A stretch of 20,000 nucleotides of DNA from an uncultured virus (IMG/VR IMGVR_UViG_3300009376_000004) (IMGVR_UViG_3300009376_000004); one strand, 5' to 3'. Shown: positions 1-8,967, numbered from the stretch's first letter. The notes: generated from the sequence alone by a model not told the origin. Made by a program: numbers and translations.

Positions 1-2009
1 GCACAGGTTTAGCTAGACAAGATCAAGATGTTCATATACCTATGAAGTCGGATTGGGATGAATGTAGATGGTGTAACGGAACAGGAGAAATTTCAACAGA
101 ATCAAAAGCAAGTGAAGATTGGCAACAGCATTTGCCAAAAGGTATGACAATAAGAGGTTATGAATGTCCTATCTGTTTCATGTCTATCAAATTTGAAAAG
201 GAATTTGGTGGAACGGGGAAAAATCTATACAATCACTTGTTAGAAAAACATGGTGTAGATGATTCTGAAGCAAAAGATATGGTACAAACAGCAAAGTCAA
301 ACGTTGAAGATTATGAAAAAGTATTCAAAGATTATGAATCGCCTTACACAGAATCAAAAGCAAATGAATATCTTCTTGACAAAGTATGTCCTAAATGTGG
401 TAGTGAGATAGGGGACGCAGAGGACGAGTTTGAAAATTCCTATTCTATAACCTGTCCTTTATGTAAGGAAACCATTAATCGTGATGATTATGATTTTACT
501 GCTTCGCCTGAATGGAAATTAGAGGGGGAATCAAAAGCAAATGAAGCATATCCAGATGCAGTTTGGGAAGAATGGTGGAATACAGATCAAACAGAAAAAT
601 CAGATTGGTTGAATTTTGCATTTGATAAAGGTATTTCGGATGAGATAGCCGAAGGAGCATGGGAACATTATATGGGAACTGAAGCAGATAGTAAATCTAA
701 TCAGAATATTAAAAATCTAAAACTTCGTAATCAAAAAAGACAATGGGGAAGACGAGGTGAAGCACTTCAAGATACAGAATATCCTAACCCAAAATATCAT
801 GGTAAATCACTAGAAGAATTATTAAAAATTAAAGATGAGTATTTTGGAGATGTTGGTAACTTAGATTTAGGAGATGATCCAGATATGTCAGATTATCACG
901 ATCTCATGTGGGAGATAGGTGTCTTACAAGGACTATATGGTCATGCTCATAAAACAGATGAAGGTCTAGGCGATTTTTTTAAAAAACTTTCAGGTAGAGG
1001 AGATAAAACTTGGGGTAGTGATCCTATAACTCATGGGGACTTTGAAGTAATGTGGAATAATGCAGGTGTTCAGCAAAGAATAAAATGGTTAGAAGATGTT
1101 CAGGGTAGTGCTGACGGATTACAAAATGAAGCATATGATAAATTGCCACAATGGATTCAGGTACAGTTATTTTATCATATAGGAGATCTTGATAAACATG
1201 AGGATTTACTTGAAACACCAACCATTAGTCTTGAATCATATGACTATTATTATCCAAAGAAAAATAAACCAAGAACGAAATACAGTGTTAATAAAGCCCA
1301 TAAAATTCGTAAGGGAACAGGCGAATTAACAAAAGATAATTTATTGAAACATATAAAGTCCGAAGGTACTTATGATCCAGAATCAAATAATAATTATAAT
1401 ACTTCTTCATCAATAAGAAATAAAACAGATCAATATCTACAAGAGTTAGAAAGTGAGGGTTGGATTGAACAGAAGATGCAGAGTAACAAATTGGTTTGGG
1501 TTCCTACTAGACATGGTAGTGGTAGGGTAGGAACAGTAGAAGCATGGGAACCAGAAGATAGAGGTGGAAATAATCCGGGTATGACGAATGAGATGATGTT
1601 AGAATATGCAAAACATATTTGGGACGTTGATGAAAGTTCAAAAGAACAAAGGATAAAACTTTTGGAGGATTTGGGTAATGCAGGTATAGGAAAAACTCTT
1701 GTTATGCTTTCCATGATGGACTTTAATTCACTAGGACAAAAAATTCAACAAGATTTGGCAAATGCTTTGGAAATGGATTTAGCGATGGATGAAAGAGATT
1801 TTGCTAAGAAAATTCAGGGTATAGAGGGCGGAAATGGATCAGGTAAGAGATATCATCAACAATGGATGAATGATGCAGACAAGATTGATTCGATAAAGTC
1901 CGAAGATATGACAAAAGATAAATTTCTGAAAAGAGCAAAGGCAATCGAGATAGAATATACTGACGAAGATCAATATAGGCGAATGTTTGAGCAGTTAAAA
2001 GATGATTAA
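1..2009 (+). CDS. Large modular protein (5'-truncated) with ESKA(N/S)E repeats, several Zn fingers, helical repeats and a wHTH-like module
   Basis: Frame 3 is open from position 3 (TGLARQDQDVHIP before the Met at 42), so the true start probably lies upstream. Contains CxxCxGxG, C2H2 (CPIC..HLLEKH) and CPKC..CPLC ribbon motifs, and ESKA(N/S)E three times. Confidence 0.85.
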   Translation, partial: TGLARQDQDVHIPMKSDWDECRWCNGTGEISTESKASEDWQQHLPKGMTIRGYECPICFMSIKFEKEFGGTGKNLYNHLLEKHGVDDSEAKDMVQTAKSNVEDYEKVFKDYESPYTESKANEYLLDKVCPKCGSEIGDAEDEFENSYSITCPLCKETINRDDYDFTASPEWKLEGESKANEAYPDAVWEEWWNTDQTEKSDWLNFAFDKGISDEIAEGAWEHYMGTEADSKSNQNIKNLKLRNQKRQWGRRGEALQDTEYPNPKYHGKSLEELLKIKDEYFGDVGNLDLGDDPDMSDYHDLMWEIGVLQGLYGHAHKTDEGLGDFFKKLSGRGDKTWGSDPITHGDFEVMWNNAGVQQRIKWLEDVQGSADGLQNEAYDKLPQWIQVQLFYHIGDLDKHEDLLETPTISLESYDYYYPKKNKPRTKYSVNKAHKIRKGTGELTKDNLLKHIKSEGTYDPESNNNYNTSSSIRNKTDQYLQELESEGWIEQKMQSNKLVWVPTRHGSGRVGTVEAWEPEDRGGNNPGMTNEMMLEYAKHIWDVDESSKEQRIKLLEDLGNAGIGKTLVMLSMMDFNSLGQKIQQDLANALEMDLAMDERDFAKKIQGIEGGNGSGKRYHQQWMNDADKIDSIKSEDMTKDKFLKRAKAIEIEYTDEDQYRRMFEQLKDD

Positions 2010-2019
2010 TTTTTAAGTA
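2010..2019 (+). promoter_or_regulatory. Archaeal TATA-like box upstream of the resolvase
   Basis: TTTTTAAGTA begins 29 nt before the TTG start at 2039; no SD visible. Confidence 0.5.
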
Positions 2020-2038
2020 AGCATGACAACTAGAATTA

Positions 2039-2476
2039 TTGCCAAACCGAAATAAGATAAAGGGAACAAATTTCGAGTATGAATGGATGTATTACTTGTT
2101 ATATCATCACTTTGACAATGTGAGAAGTTATGCAAGTAAGGGTGTTGCAGATGTAAGAAGTGTTCCACCAAAATGGGCTAAATCAACAATAGCGTTAGCA
2201 AGTCAATGTAAGAATACGAAGAAAAATGATTACATTGATCCAGCAGAAAGGAGAAGATTGGAAGCATATTCAAAAAAATACTCTTACTTGGTCGTAGAAC
2301 CATTTAAGATGAATAGAACTTGTTATGTCAAATTAGAACCTTGGAAACTAGACGGTAAAATAATGACACCAGAGCAGTTTTTGAAGAAATATTACGGAAT
2401 ATTTGCAGATACATGGAAAAGGCAAAGAACGAATTGGAAACATGGTGTTAAGCGACAACCTATTAATAGAGTATAA
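2039..2476 (+). CDS. hjc: Archaeal-type Holliday junction resolvase (Hjc-like PD-(D/E)xK nuclease)
   Basis: N..KG..FE.E, VRSYASKGVAD and QCK motifs match the Hjc pattern; TTG start. Confidence 0.75.
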   Translation: MPNRNKIKGTNFEYEWMYYLLYHHFDNVRSYASKGVADVRSVPPKWAKSTIALASQCKNTKKNDYIDPAERRRLEAYSKKYSYLVVEPFKMNRTCYVKLEPWKLDGKIMTPEQFLKKYYGIFADTWKRQRTNWKHGVKRQPINRV

Positions 2477-2502
2477 TTCTTTATTTATATAGAAATAGAT
2501 AT

Positions 2503-2535
2503 CTTTATATACTATTATGAGAGATAAGAATATGA
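2503..2535 (+). promoter_or_regulatory. TATA box plus 18-nt conserved element overlapping the start codon (copy 1)
   Basis: CTTTATATA at 2503 and TGAGAGATAAGAATATGA at 2518-2535; the same arrangement recurs at 12309-12341. Confidence 0.7.
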
Positions 2536-2708
2536 AGAATATTATAATTACTTATTGTGATATGTGTTCTCAACGAATCGTGAAAAATGGCGTTTATGAG
2601 ATAACAAAAATGCCCTTTAGCGTGAGAGGAGCAAAGAATGGATCAAAGGGTTTGATCTGTCGAAAGTGTTTCCAAGAAGTTGAACAAGTCATAGGTAAGA
2701 GGAGATAA
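2532..2708 (+). CDS. Small Zn-finger protein (CDMC..CRKC)
   Basis: Two CxxC pairs; ATG 2532 preferred over 2517 from TATA spacing and the duplicated cassette. Confidence 0.75.
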   Translation: MKNIIITYCDMCSQRIVKNGVYEITKMPFSVRGAKNGSKGLICRKCFQEVEQVIGKRR

Positions 2709-2710
2709 AA

Positions 2711-2917
2711 ATGGGAAAAACATATAGAAGGCATTATTGGGACTTTGATGAAAAATTAATTGCAGATGGCGTAAAATACGGACATGATTCAAAAAAAATA
2801 TGTGCATGGTGTCGTAGCAATAGATTAAACAAGAGAAATATCGAATTAGCAAAATTTGGTGGTGGTTCCGTAAGAGGAAATGCCGAGAAAGTAGTATTAC
2901 AAAAGGTGTATGGATAA
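2711..2917 (+). CDS. Hypothetical protein (H..CxxC)
   Basis: SD-like GGAGA upstream; TAATG coupling to the next gene. Confidence 0.7.
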   Translation: MGKTYRRHYWDFDEKLIADGVKYGHDSKKICAWCRSNRLNKRNIELAKFGGGSVRGNAEKVVLQKVYG

Positions 2918-3102
2918 TGAAAGATAATGAAATAGGAGTAATCGAGGACGTTTGTGGTCAATTAAATGATGTAGAGGGCGAATGGCAGAAACTCGTAGAA
3001 GAATGTATTGGCAGATTATTAAAGTTGATTGAAAAACCAAAGGATCGTGAATCAATAATTCGTAATATCACAAAACATATTCATACAGAGGCGAGGGGAT
3101 AA
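2917..3102 (+). CDS. Hypothetical protein
   Basis: Coupled 61-aa ORF in a gene run. Confidence 0.7.
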   Translation: MKDNEIGVIEDVCGQLNDVEGEWQKLVEECIGRLLKLIEKPKDRESIIRNITKHIHTEARG

Positions 3103-3106
3103 AAGA

Positions 3107-3241
3107 ATGAATCATAAACTTCTAGATATAGGTGATATTAATTATATCCTAAGGAAGCATTCAGATAGTATTCCAGAAGATGTAGTTAGAGATATTTATT
3201 TTAAATTATTAGAATATGTTCCGGTGGAGGAATTAGAATGA
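3107..3241 (+). CDS. Hypothetical 44-aa protein (not in ORF track)
   Basis: MNHKLLDIGDINYILRKHSDSIPEDVVRDIYFKLLEYVPVEELE; fills the gap, GAGGGG upstream, ATGA overlap with the next gene. Confidence 0.7.
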   Translation: MNHKLLDIGDINYILRKHSDSIPEDVVRDIYFKLLEYVPVEELE

Positions 3242-3906
3242 CTAAGAAAATAAAGATAACTAATCCAGATGATTTTTCGGTGTTTATTGATAATAAAGGT
3301 AATCAGGTTAATGATATAACAGAAAGTTCAAAGCAAGTAGGATATTGTTGCATTCCAAAAATGAGAGAACAATCTCCTGAATTTGACAAGAAGTTATGGA
3401 ATGAGTTAATCAGAATTGGAAAGGACGTGGAGAAAGATAGCGAACCAGATTTTGGTATTCTTGATCTTCCATTAGAATATGAAGTAGATGGTAAGAAAAA
3501 ATCAAAGTTGGACTTTGAAGATACCATGCCAGATAGATCTAGAATTAAAGTAAGACCTAATCCAATGATTGAAGTTTTTATTAATACGCTGAAACATTAT
3601 GGCATTGATGAAAGTCAGGTAAGGCAGATAAAAGAAGATATGTATATTGCAAGATATAGGTTATGGGATTTATTGGGAATGTATTATACAGGAGCTTTAT
3701 GGGGTGCAAAAGGTCAAATATTTGATTGTATAGAAAAGATGGTAAAATTATATATTGAGATGAAAGATGTAGGTGGATTCTTTTGGTTTTTGAGAGGACA
3801 TGACTTAGATGTCGAGGAACCAAAGCATTGTGATGATTGTATTAAATCGTATAAAGATTGGGTTGCAGAAATACCAAAAGGGAGGACAATGAATGATTAT
3901 GTATAA
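3238..3906 (+). CDS. Hypothetical protein with Cys/His motifs
   Basis: 222-aa ORF, GGAGG SD, HCDDC near the C-terminus. Confidence 0.8.
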   Translation: MTKKIKITNPDDFSVFIDNKGNQVNDITESSKQVGYCCIPKMREQSPEFDKKLWNELIRIGKDVEKDSEPDFGILDLPLEYEVDGKKKSKLDFEDTMPDRSRIKVRPNPMIEVFINTLKHYGIDESQVRQIKEDMYIARYRLWDLLGMYYTGALWGAKGQIFDCIEKMVKLYIEMKDVGGFFWFLRGHDLDVEEPKHCDDCIKSYKDWVAEIPKGRTMNDYV

Positions 3907-4351
3907 AGAAACATTAAAAATAAAAAATAAGAAATTGATTCCTAATTCATTTTACAGAACGTGGAAAATGTATGATGGCATTGAAAAGGGAGTGCGAATG
4001 AGAGAGATGACAAGACATGAATTAGCGAGGGAGGTTTTATTTAGAATGGTAGATAAGTTATCTCCAAAAGATAGACTTGATATTTTTAAAGATTTGACAA
4101 GTGTGTGGAGAAAATTGAATGATGTTTCAATTAACAACGCAGATAATTGGACTGATGAACAGCTTGCGATTGCAGAAATAATAGGAGTTTATTGTCATAT
4201 GTGTGGATATAATTGCAGACATGTAACAGATGAGGAACATGGTGAGGACTTTATGATTTGTAATAATGCCGATACACCAGCAGATAAATGTGAGCATTAT
4301 GGAATGGAAACAGAAGGTCTATCGTATTTTTTTAAGGAGATGAAAGAGTAG
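3893..4351 (+). CDS. Hypothetical protein with a C-terminal Zn-binding region
   Basis: CHMCGYNCRH..C..CEH; GGAGG SD. Confidence 0.8.
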   Translation: MIMYKETLKIKNKKLIPNSFYRTWKMYDGIEKGVRMREMTRHELAREVLFRMVDKLSPKDRLDIFKDLTSVWRKLNDVSINNADNWTDEQLAIAEIIGVYCHMCGYNCRHVTDEEHGEDFMICNNADTPADKCEHYGMETEGLSYFFKEMKE

Positions 4352-4438
4352 ATGTTCAAGTATTGTAAAAAATGTGTAGGTATTAGACAATTTTTGGGCG
4401 ATCCAAGAAAATGTGATGTATGTGGAGATGAAGGCTAA
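4352..4438 (+). CDS. 28-aa Zn-ribbon microprotein (not in ORF track)
   Basis: MFKYCKKCVGIRQFLGDPRKCDVCGDEG; abuts the previous stop and has a TAATG overlap with the next gene. Confidence 0.7.
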   Translation: MFKYCKKCVGIRQFLGDPRKCDVCGDEG

Positions 4439-5052
4439 TGGGTACTGATATTTATTTAAAATGGGATAAGATGAGTAAGAAAGATCGTGATGATCAGATT
4501 ACAGGTTGGAGAATTGATAAAGGAAATACAGGTTATCTAAGAGCAAGTATTGGAATGATACAAGAGAATGAATTTTTACGAAAGGTATTTCCAAAATGGG
4601 TTTGGCAACCTAATAATCCGAAATGTATTACTTGTGATGGTCAGGGAATATCAAAGGACTTTGATCAAAAGAGAGAATGGGATGACGAAAGAAATTGGTG
4701 TAGTGATTGTAAAGGTACTTGTGTAAAAGATGGATTAGACGGAGCAAGATTTGAATTTAATGACGAGTTTATGAAAAAATTAAGCATTTGGTCAAGATTA
4801 TATCTAGGTCACGCAATAATGGGAACGCCTATTGAAAGTTTGGATAGTGAAGAACAGAAAAGAGCAAATGGTATGATGAATACAGTTATGAAAGCAATAG
4901 GTGGTGGCATGGATAAGATAGAAGTATCAGAAGTAGGAGATGGTGATATATTTTGGAAGGCAGAATTTATTACAAATGTATTTCAATTTTGTAGATTAGG
5001 TTATGAGAAGGAGAAAGAGGGATTAAATCCGAGGGTGTATATATCATGGTAG
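4438..5052 (+). CDS. Viral hypothetical protein with an inserted DnaJ-type CxxCxGxG Zn finger
   Basis: CITCDGQG..CSDCKGTC; N-terminal MGTDIYL resembles a common phage family. Confidence 0.8.
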   Translation: MGTDIYLKWDKMSKKDRDDQITGWRIDKGNTGYLRASIGMIQENEFLRKVFPKWVWQPNNPKCITCDGQGISKDFDQKREWDDERNWCSDCKGTCVKDGLDGARFEFNDEFMKKLSIWSRLYLGHAIMGTPIESLDSEEQKRANGMMNTVMKAIGGGMDKIEVSEVGDGDIFWKAEFITNVFQFCRLGYEKEKEGLNPRVYISW

Positions 5053-5621
5053 AGGGAGATAAAGCATTCAAAGATTTTCCATTGGAACGTTGTTGGAAAT
5101 GCAAAAAGGAAACGAGAATTTTATTTCCTTTCAGAGCAATAGACATAGACAAAAGACCAAAGGGTATGAGTGTGAATGAATATCTAGGTAAAATGAAAAC
5201 CGAAGGTGGCGATATGGTTAAACTTTGTATAAGATGTAATCCGATCACAGTAAATTTAGGACTATTAACGGAGGATAGTATTATGAATATGACCGAAGAG
5301 CAAAAAGCAGGTATGATAAATTATACTCCACAGATAGCACATCTTAATATGAAGAAAGTATCGGATGTATCTTTTGATCTTGGTAATGGTATTCGAGATA
5401 TACCCAAAGGAGCAAGAGTTTCAGGGACGGAAGTATTAGCAAGTGCAAAGGCTATGGGACATAAAGTACGAGCAAGAGTGAAGATCGGTGGTAGAGAGAA
5501 AATAGTAACAGGTAGAAATAAAAAGGATTTACTTCGTCAGATAGAAATTGCAGGAGCAAAATTTATGATGTGGGAAAAAATGTTCGCACCATTAAAAAGA
5601 GAGGGGGTAAAATATGACTAG
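5046..5621 (+). CDS. Hypothetical protein with N-terminal Zn ribbon
   Basis: CWKC..CIRC; overlaps both neighbours. Confidence 0.8.
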   Translation: MVEGDKAFKDFPLERCWKCKKETRILFPFRAIDIDKRPKGMSVNEYLGKMKTEGGDMVKLCIRCNPITVNLGLLTEDSIMNMTEEQKAGMINYTPQIAHLNMKKVSDVSFDLGNGIRDIPKGARVSGTEVLASAKAMGHKVRARVKIGGREKIVTGRNKKDLLRQIEIAGAKFMMWEKMFAPLKREGVKYD

Positions 5622-5985
5622 AAAGATAACTTGTGTTAGCTGTAATCACAAATTTGTTAAGAGTAAGAAGGGTGGTCTTATGGAAATGTTTCATGATATG
5701 AAATATTGTTTAATATGTGTCAGATATGATTATTGGTATCATGAATCACTGAGAAAGAAATTCATTAAGATAAGAAAACATAAAGGAGTTGAATATTTGA
5801 CCATAACAAAAGCAGGAATTTTAGATGGAATCAAAGAAGGTCAAGGGATAAAAATGACTGATAAAGAGATACAAGATGTCGTGGATAAGCAGAAAAATCC
5901 AAAGATAACAGTTAAGGACTTTAAGAAAAATTATGTCGAGCATATATATGCAAAAATGAAAGAGGAAGAAAAAATTGAAATGTAA
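5614..5985 (+). CDS. Hypothetical protein with N-terminal Zn finger
   Basis: CVSC..CLIC; GAGGGGG SD. Confidence 0.8.
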   Translation: MTRKITCVSCNHKFVKSKKGGLMEMFHDMKYCLICVRYDYWYHESLRKKFIKIRKHKGVEYLTITKAGILDGIKEGQGIKMTDKEIQDVVDKQKNPKITVKDFKKNYVEHIYAKMKEEEKIEM

Positions 5986-6106
5986 AAATTGTAATCATCA
6001 TAAATATGAACATACAGGCACATTTGGTTTTGTAAAACAAGAAGATCTATGTCCATGTTGTAATCTTCATAAGGACTTTGAAAAATTAAAGGTGTTGAAA
6101 AAATGA
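5975..6106 (+). CDS. 43-aa Cys/His-rich microprotein (not in ORF track)
   Basis: TTG start; KCKNCNHHKYEH..CPCCNLH; fills the gap. Confidence 0.65.
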   Translation: MKCKNCNHHKYEHTGTFGFVKQEDLCPCCNLHKDFEKLKVLKK

Positions 6107-6121
6107 AAGAGGTAAAAAAAT

Positions 6122-6286
6122 ATGACTAAATGTTTCATAAAACAATGTGATGGTAAAGCAAAATATACGATTAAAGATGCAGAACAATATCCAAAAAAGT
6201 ATAATGGTAAGAAAATATGTGAAGATTGTAATAGAGCAAGAACTTTATTAAAGGTTGAACCAGAGGAGGATAAAGATGGTTTGTAA
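6122..6286 (+). CDS. 54-aa Zn-finger microprotein (not in ORF track)
   Basis: MTKCFIKQC..ICEDC; GAGGT SD upstream. Confidence 0.7.
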   Translation: MTKCFIKQCDGKAKYTIKDAEQYPKKYNGKKICEDCNRARTLLKVEPEEDKDGL

Positions 6287-6488
6287 TAATCAATGTAAAT
6301 TATTTAAATCGAAAAGACCAGTAGGTGGTCAGCGATATAATGATGGTCAGAAAAGATGTTCAGTATGTATTGAATGGATAAGGTGGGATGGTAAATATTG
6401 TCCATGTTGTGGTTACATTCTTAGATGTCATCCAAGAAAACCAAGAGGTAAGATGGTGTTAAAACCAATGGAGGTTAGATATAGATGA
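6276..6488 (+). CDS. Cys-rich protein resembling a Nitrososphaeria conserved hypothetical family
   Basis: C...C...K..RP.G.QRY..GQKRC..C...I.WDG..CPCCGY.LR..PR pattern recalled from Nitrosopumilus proteins; ATG 6276 follows GGAGG. Confidence 0.75.
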   Translation: MVCNNQCKLFKSKRPVGGQRYNDGQKRCSVCIEWIRWDGKYCPCCGYILRCHPRKPRGKMVLKPMEVRYR

Positions 6489-7057
6489 GTGATATCGCAA
6501 TAATGATTGGAGTAAGTGGATCAGGCAAGTCATATAAAGCCAAAGAAGTGCAGAGGAGAGCATTAGAATTGGGAGTAAATGAACCTACTGTAATATGTTC
6601 GACAGATAAATTCATTGAACGAGAAGCCAAAGAAAAAGGAATTACCTATCAAGAATGTATGAATATGATTCAAGAGGAAAAAAGATTCGGAGAAATAACA
6701 GGAAAATTCTATGATGAAATAGAAGAATGTATTAGAAACGATGTTAATATGGTAATTGATAGAACAAATCTGACAAAGGGTGGTAGGATAGCATTGATAA
6801 CTAAACTTAACGAAATACATAAAAAGTATGGTAAAACCATGCAAAGTATGGCTATGTGTCTTAGCGTTAAGAGAGAATTAATAAATATGAGATTAAAGGA
6901 AAGAGAGGATCGAGGAGAAAAGAAAATGGATCCTAAAATTATAGATCAACAAATTCAACGATTAGAATTACCGACAAAAGATGAAGGCTTTGATCGAGTT
7001 AGCGTTGCAGGGGACTTTGATGAAAAGACCGGATTATACAAGGAGGTGAAAGCATAA
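6485..7057 (+). CDS. P-loop kinase, AAA_33 / polynucleotide kinase-like
   Basis: Walker A GVSGSGKS, CSTD, VIDRTNL, RLKER lid and LELPTKDEGFD. Confidence 0.85.
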   Translation: MSDIAIMIGVSGSGKSYKAKEVQRRALELGVNEPTVICSTDKFIEREAKEKGITYQECMNMIQEEKRFGEITGKFYDEIEECIRNDVNMVIDRTNLTKGGRIALITKLNEIHKKYGKTMQSMAMCLSVKRELINMRLKEREDRGEKKMDPKIIDQQIQRLELPTKDEGFDRVSVAGDFDEKTGLYKEVKA

Positions 7058-7059
7058 AA

Positions 7060-7209
7060 ATGAATGGAAGTATATGGCAATGTTCTGTGTGTGAAGCACA
7101 ATTACCAGATGACGAATACATTGAAACACGAAAAAAGAAACATCTGTTAATGCACAATAATAAAGGAACAATGTCAAAAGAACAAACATTTTCCCTAAAG
7201 GTGAAATAA
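7060..7209 (+). CDS. 49-aa C2H2 Zn-finger microprotein (not in ORF track)
   Basis: WQCSVC..KKHLLMH; GGAGGTGA SD upstream. Confidence 0.7.
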   Translation: MNGSIWQCSVCEAQLPDDEYIETRKKKHLLMHNNKGTMSKEQTFSLKVK

Positions 7210-7404
7210 TTGAATGATAAAATACTAGATGGTATCTTATTGTTAGATCAAAAGAGGTGTCCAGAATGTGATTCTCCATTAAGTTTTTGGTCAATGCCAG
7301 ATTATGATGACGATCTTAATCTACAAGGTAGAATAAGACGATGGTGGCACTTTGAACATAATAAAGAAAGTAATTGTCCGAGAATGTGGGATCATGCCAA
7401 CTGA
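7210..7404 (+). CDS. Small Zn-binding protein (CPEC..H..C)
   Basis: TTG start after GGTGA; CPECDSPL..HFEH..CP. Confidence 0.7.
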   Translation: MNDKILDGILLLDQKRCPECDSPLSFWSMPDYDDDLNLQGRIRRWWHFEHNKESNCPRMWDHAN

Positions 7405-7534
7405 AAAGAAATTTTGTAATATTTGTTTAGTAGTAGGAAAGAAATTATATGAGGTAGAAAGATTAGATCTATGTTATAAATGCAAGGCAAGAGTTAAAGC
7501 AGGATTAAGATCTAAAACTTATCACAACAAGTAG
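7394..7534 (+). CDS. Small Zn-finger protein (CNIC..CYKC)
   Basis: ATG 7394 overlaps the previous gene; two CxxC pairs. Confidence 0.65.
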   Translation: MPTEKKFCNICLVVGKKLYEVERLDLCYKCKARVKAGLRSKTYHNK

Positions 7535-7771
7535 TCATTTATACATATTAGTATCGTCAGGTTTTTGTTTTGTATCTGACCAATATGTTAAGTAAGCCTT
7601 TAATTTTTCCTCATCAAATTTATTTTTTAATAACATCATTACAATTTCTATTTCTGTAAAGCTTGGTTTCTCTTTATTCAAAGCATCAATAAATGCAGAA
7701 TCAACTGCTGTGTAAATATCATCTATTTTTTTTGAATATGGTAATTCTTCGTCAGGTTTATCTTCACTCAT
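7535..7771 (-). CDS. Hypothetical acidic protein
   Basis: MSEDKP start coupled (TAATG) to the matrixin stop; convergent with the + strand run. Confidence 0.7.
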   Translation of the reverse strand: MSEDKPDEELPYSKKIDDIYTAVDSAFIDALNKEKPSFTEIEIVMMLLKNKFDEEKLKAYLTYWSDTKQKPDDTNMYK

Positions 7772-8580
7772 TAGCATATCCTACTATTACCACAGTCGAT
7801 CTCTAAGCATTGAATATCACATTGTCTAGGAATATACTTCGGAGTAGGGAATCCGAATCCATCATCTCCATAAATTCTAATCATCATTTTAAGATCGAGG
7901 TCGGTTACTTCTTTAACTTCTCCCTCAAATACATCAATGGATCCATACATGATTGGTGAGTAATCACATTCTACTTCTCTACAATCAGAAGCAACATAAT
8001 AATGCTCTAAACCAAATCCATGTCCTAACTCATGCAGGACGATATTACGAAGATCATTTTCAGGAATTTCTTTCCATTCTGTTTTCACACCTATTTCAGC
8101 TTCATTGATATTTTCTCCTAAACTGATTGATACTTTACGTTCTACTGTATTCATATCAACTTCAACCCAATAATAATATCTTACACTAGATGAAAAATCA
8201 AATCCTGTTCTACCAACAGATTCATCCTCAACACCATAAGGATAGTTAATGAATATTGTGCAATCTGGATAATCTGAAACATCGGCAATTCCATGTTGTG
8301 ACCAATCATATTCAGTAGTGGTCATATTCCAATTACCACCTGTTGCATTGACCAATTTAGTTTGCCATTCATTTATTGCTGAATGAGTAACCTTAGAGAG
8401 AATATCTATCCGAGGTTCTACTTCTGGATCAGGGTACATTATACAAATTGATGGATTGGTCTTATGATAAACACCTATTGTTCTGAAATAATCTCCATAG
8501 GCATTACTGATAAACCCAGCAAATGCTATTCCTACTATTAACCAAACAATAATCCAAAGTATCACTACTTTCATAGACAA
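7771..8580 (-). CDS. Secreted or membrane-anchored matrixin-like (M10/metzincin) zinc metalloprotease
   Basis: Hydrophobic N-terminal signal; HELGHGFGLEH zinc motif; SPIMY Met-turn. Confidence 0.85.
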   Translation of the reverse strand: MSMKVVILWIIVWLIVGIAFAGFISNAYGDYFRTIGVYHKTNPSICIMYPDPEVEPRIDILSKVTHSAINEWQTKLVNATGGNWNMTTTEYDWSQHGIADVSDYPDCTIFINYPYGVEDESVGRTGFDFSSSVRYYYWVEVDMNTVERKVSISLGENINEAEIGVKTEWKEIPENDLRNIVLHELGHGFGLEHYYVASDCREVECDYSPIMYGSIDVFEGEVKEVTDLDLKMMIRIYGDDGFGFPTPKYIPRQCDIQCLEIDCGNSRIC

Positions 8581-8656
8581 ATTCAGGTTTTCTGACTTAT
8601 TAGCATATTATGATATTTTGTTAAATACTAATAAGTAACAATAACAAATCTATGAT

Positions 8657-8773
8657 ATGACGGATATTAAGATTGTAGAGGGTGGAGTTTGTGACACTTG
8701 CGGAAAAGCATTTACCAATGATGAAAAAGGAGCTATGGTCTGTGAATGTCCTGAAGAAGTAGATGTAGCATGA
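8657..8773 (+). CDS. 38-aa Cys microprotein (not in ORF track)
   Basis: MTDIKIVEGGVCDTCGKAFTNDEKGAMVCECPEEVDVA; ATGA overlap with the next gene. Confidence 0.65.
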   Translation: MTDIKIVEGGVCDTCGKAFTNDEKGAMVCECPEEVDVA

Positions 8774-8967
8774 ACTACGAAAAGATGGGAATTTGTGTAA
8801 CAATAGCAGTAGTGGCTTGTTTATGTGGATTTGCAGGAATAGCTTCAAGTGGTATTGATATAGGCACAGATGAAGTAAGACTACCAAATTTCACATCATC
8901 AACTAGCACAGCACATGGTAATGGATATTACGAATGGTGTTATCAATTTGAACGAGATTGTAAATGA
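8770..8967 (+). CDS. Small membrane-anchored protein
   Basis: N-terminal hydrophobic helix; C-terminal YYEWC..C. Confidence 0.7.
   Translation: MNYEKMGICVTIAVVACLCGFAGIASSGIDIGTDEVRLPNFTSSTSTAHGNGYYEWCYQFERDCK

Noticed and set aside
96..545. ESKANE DNA repeats as a CRISPR array
   Set aside because: Only 13-18 nt long, in frame, with irregular 177-252 nt spacing and no cas genes.
1677..1847. GNAGIGKT and GGNGSGKR as Walker A motifs
   Set aside because: No preceding hydrophobic strand or Walker B; the first lies inside a helical repeat.
1024..7294. Minus-strand ORFs of 61-94 aa in the track (1024, 1430, 2643, 2734, 3303, 3581, 3952, 4970, 6563, 7034)
   Set aside because: Antisense shadows of well-supported + strand genes, with no motifs.
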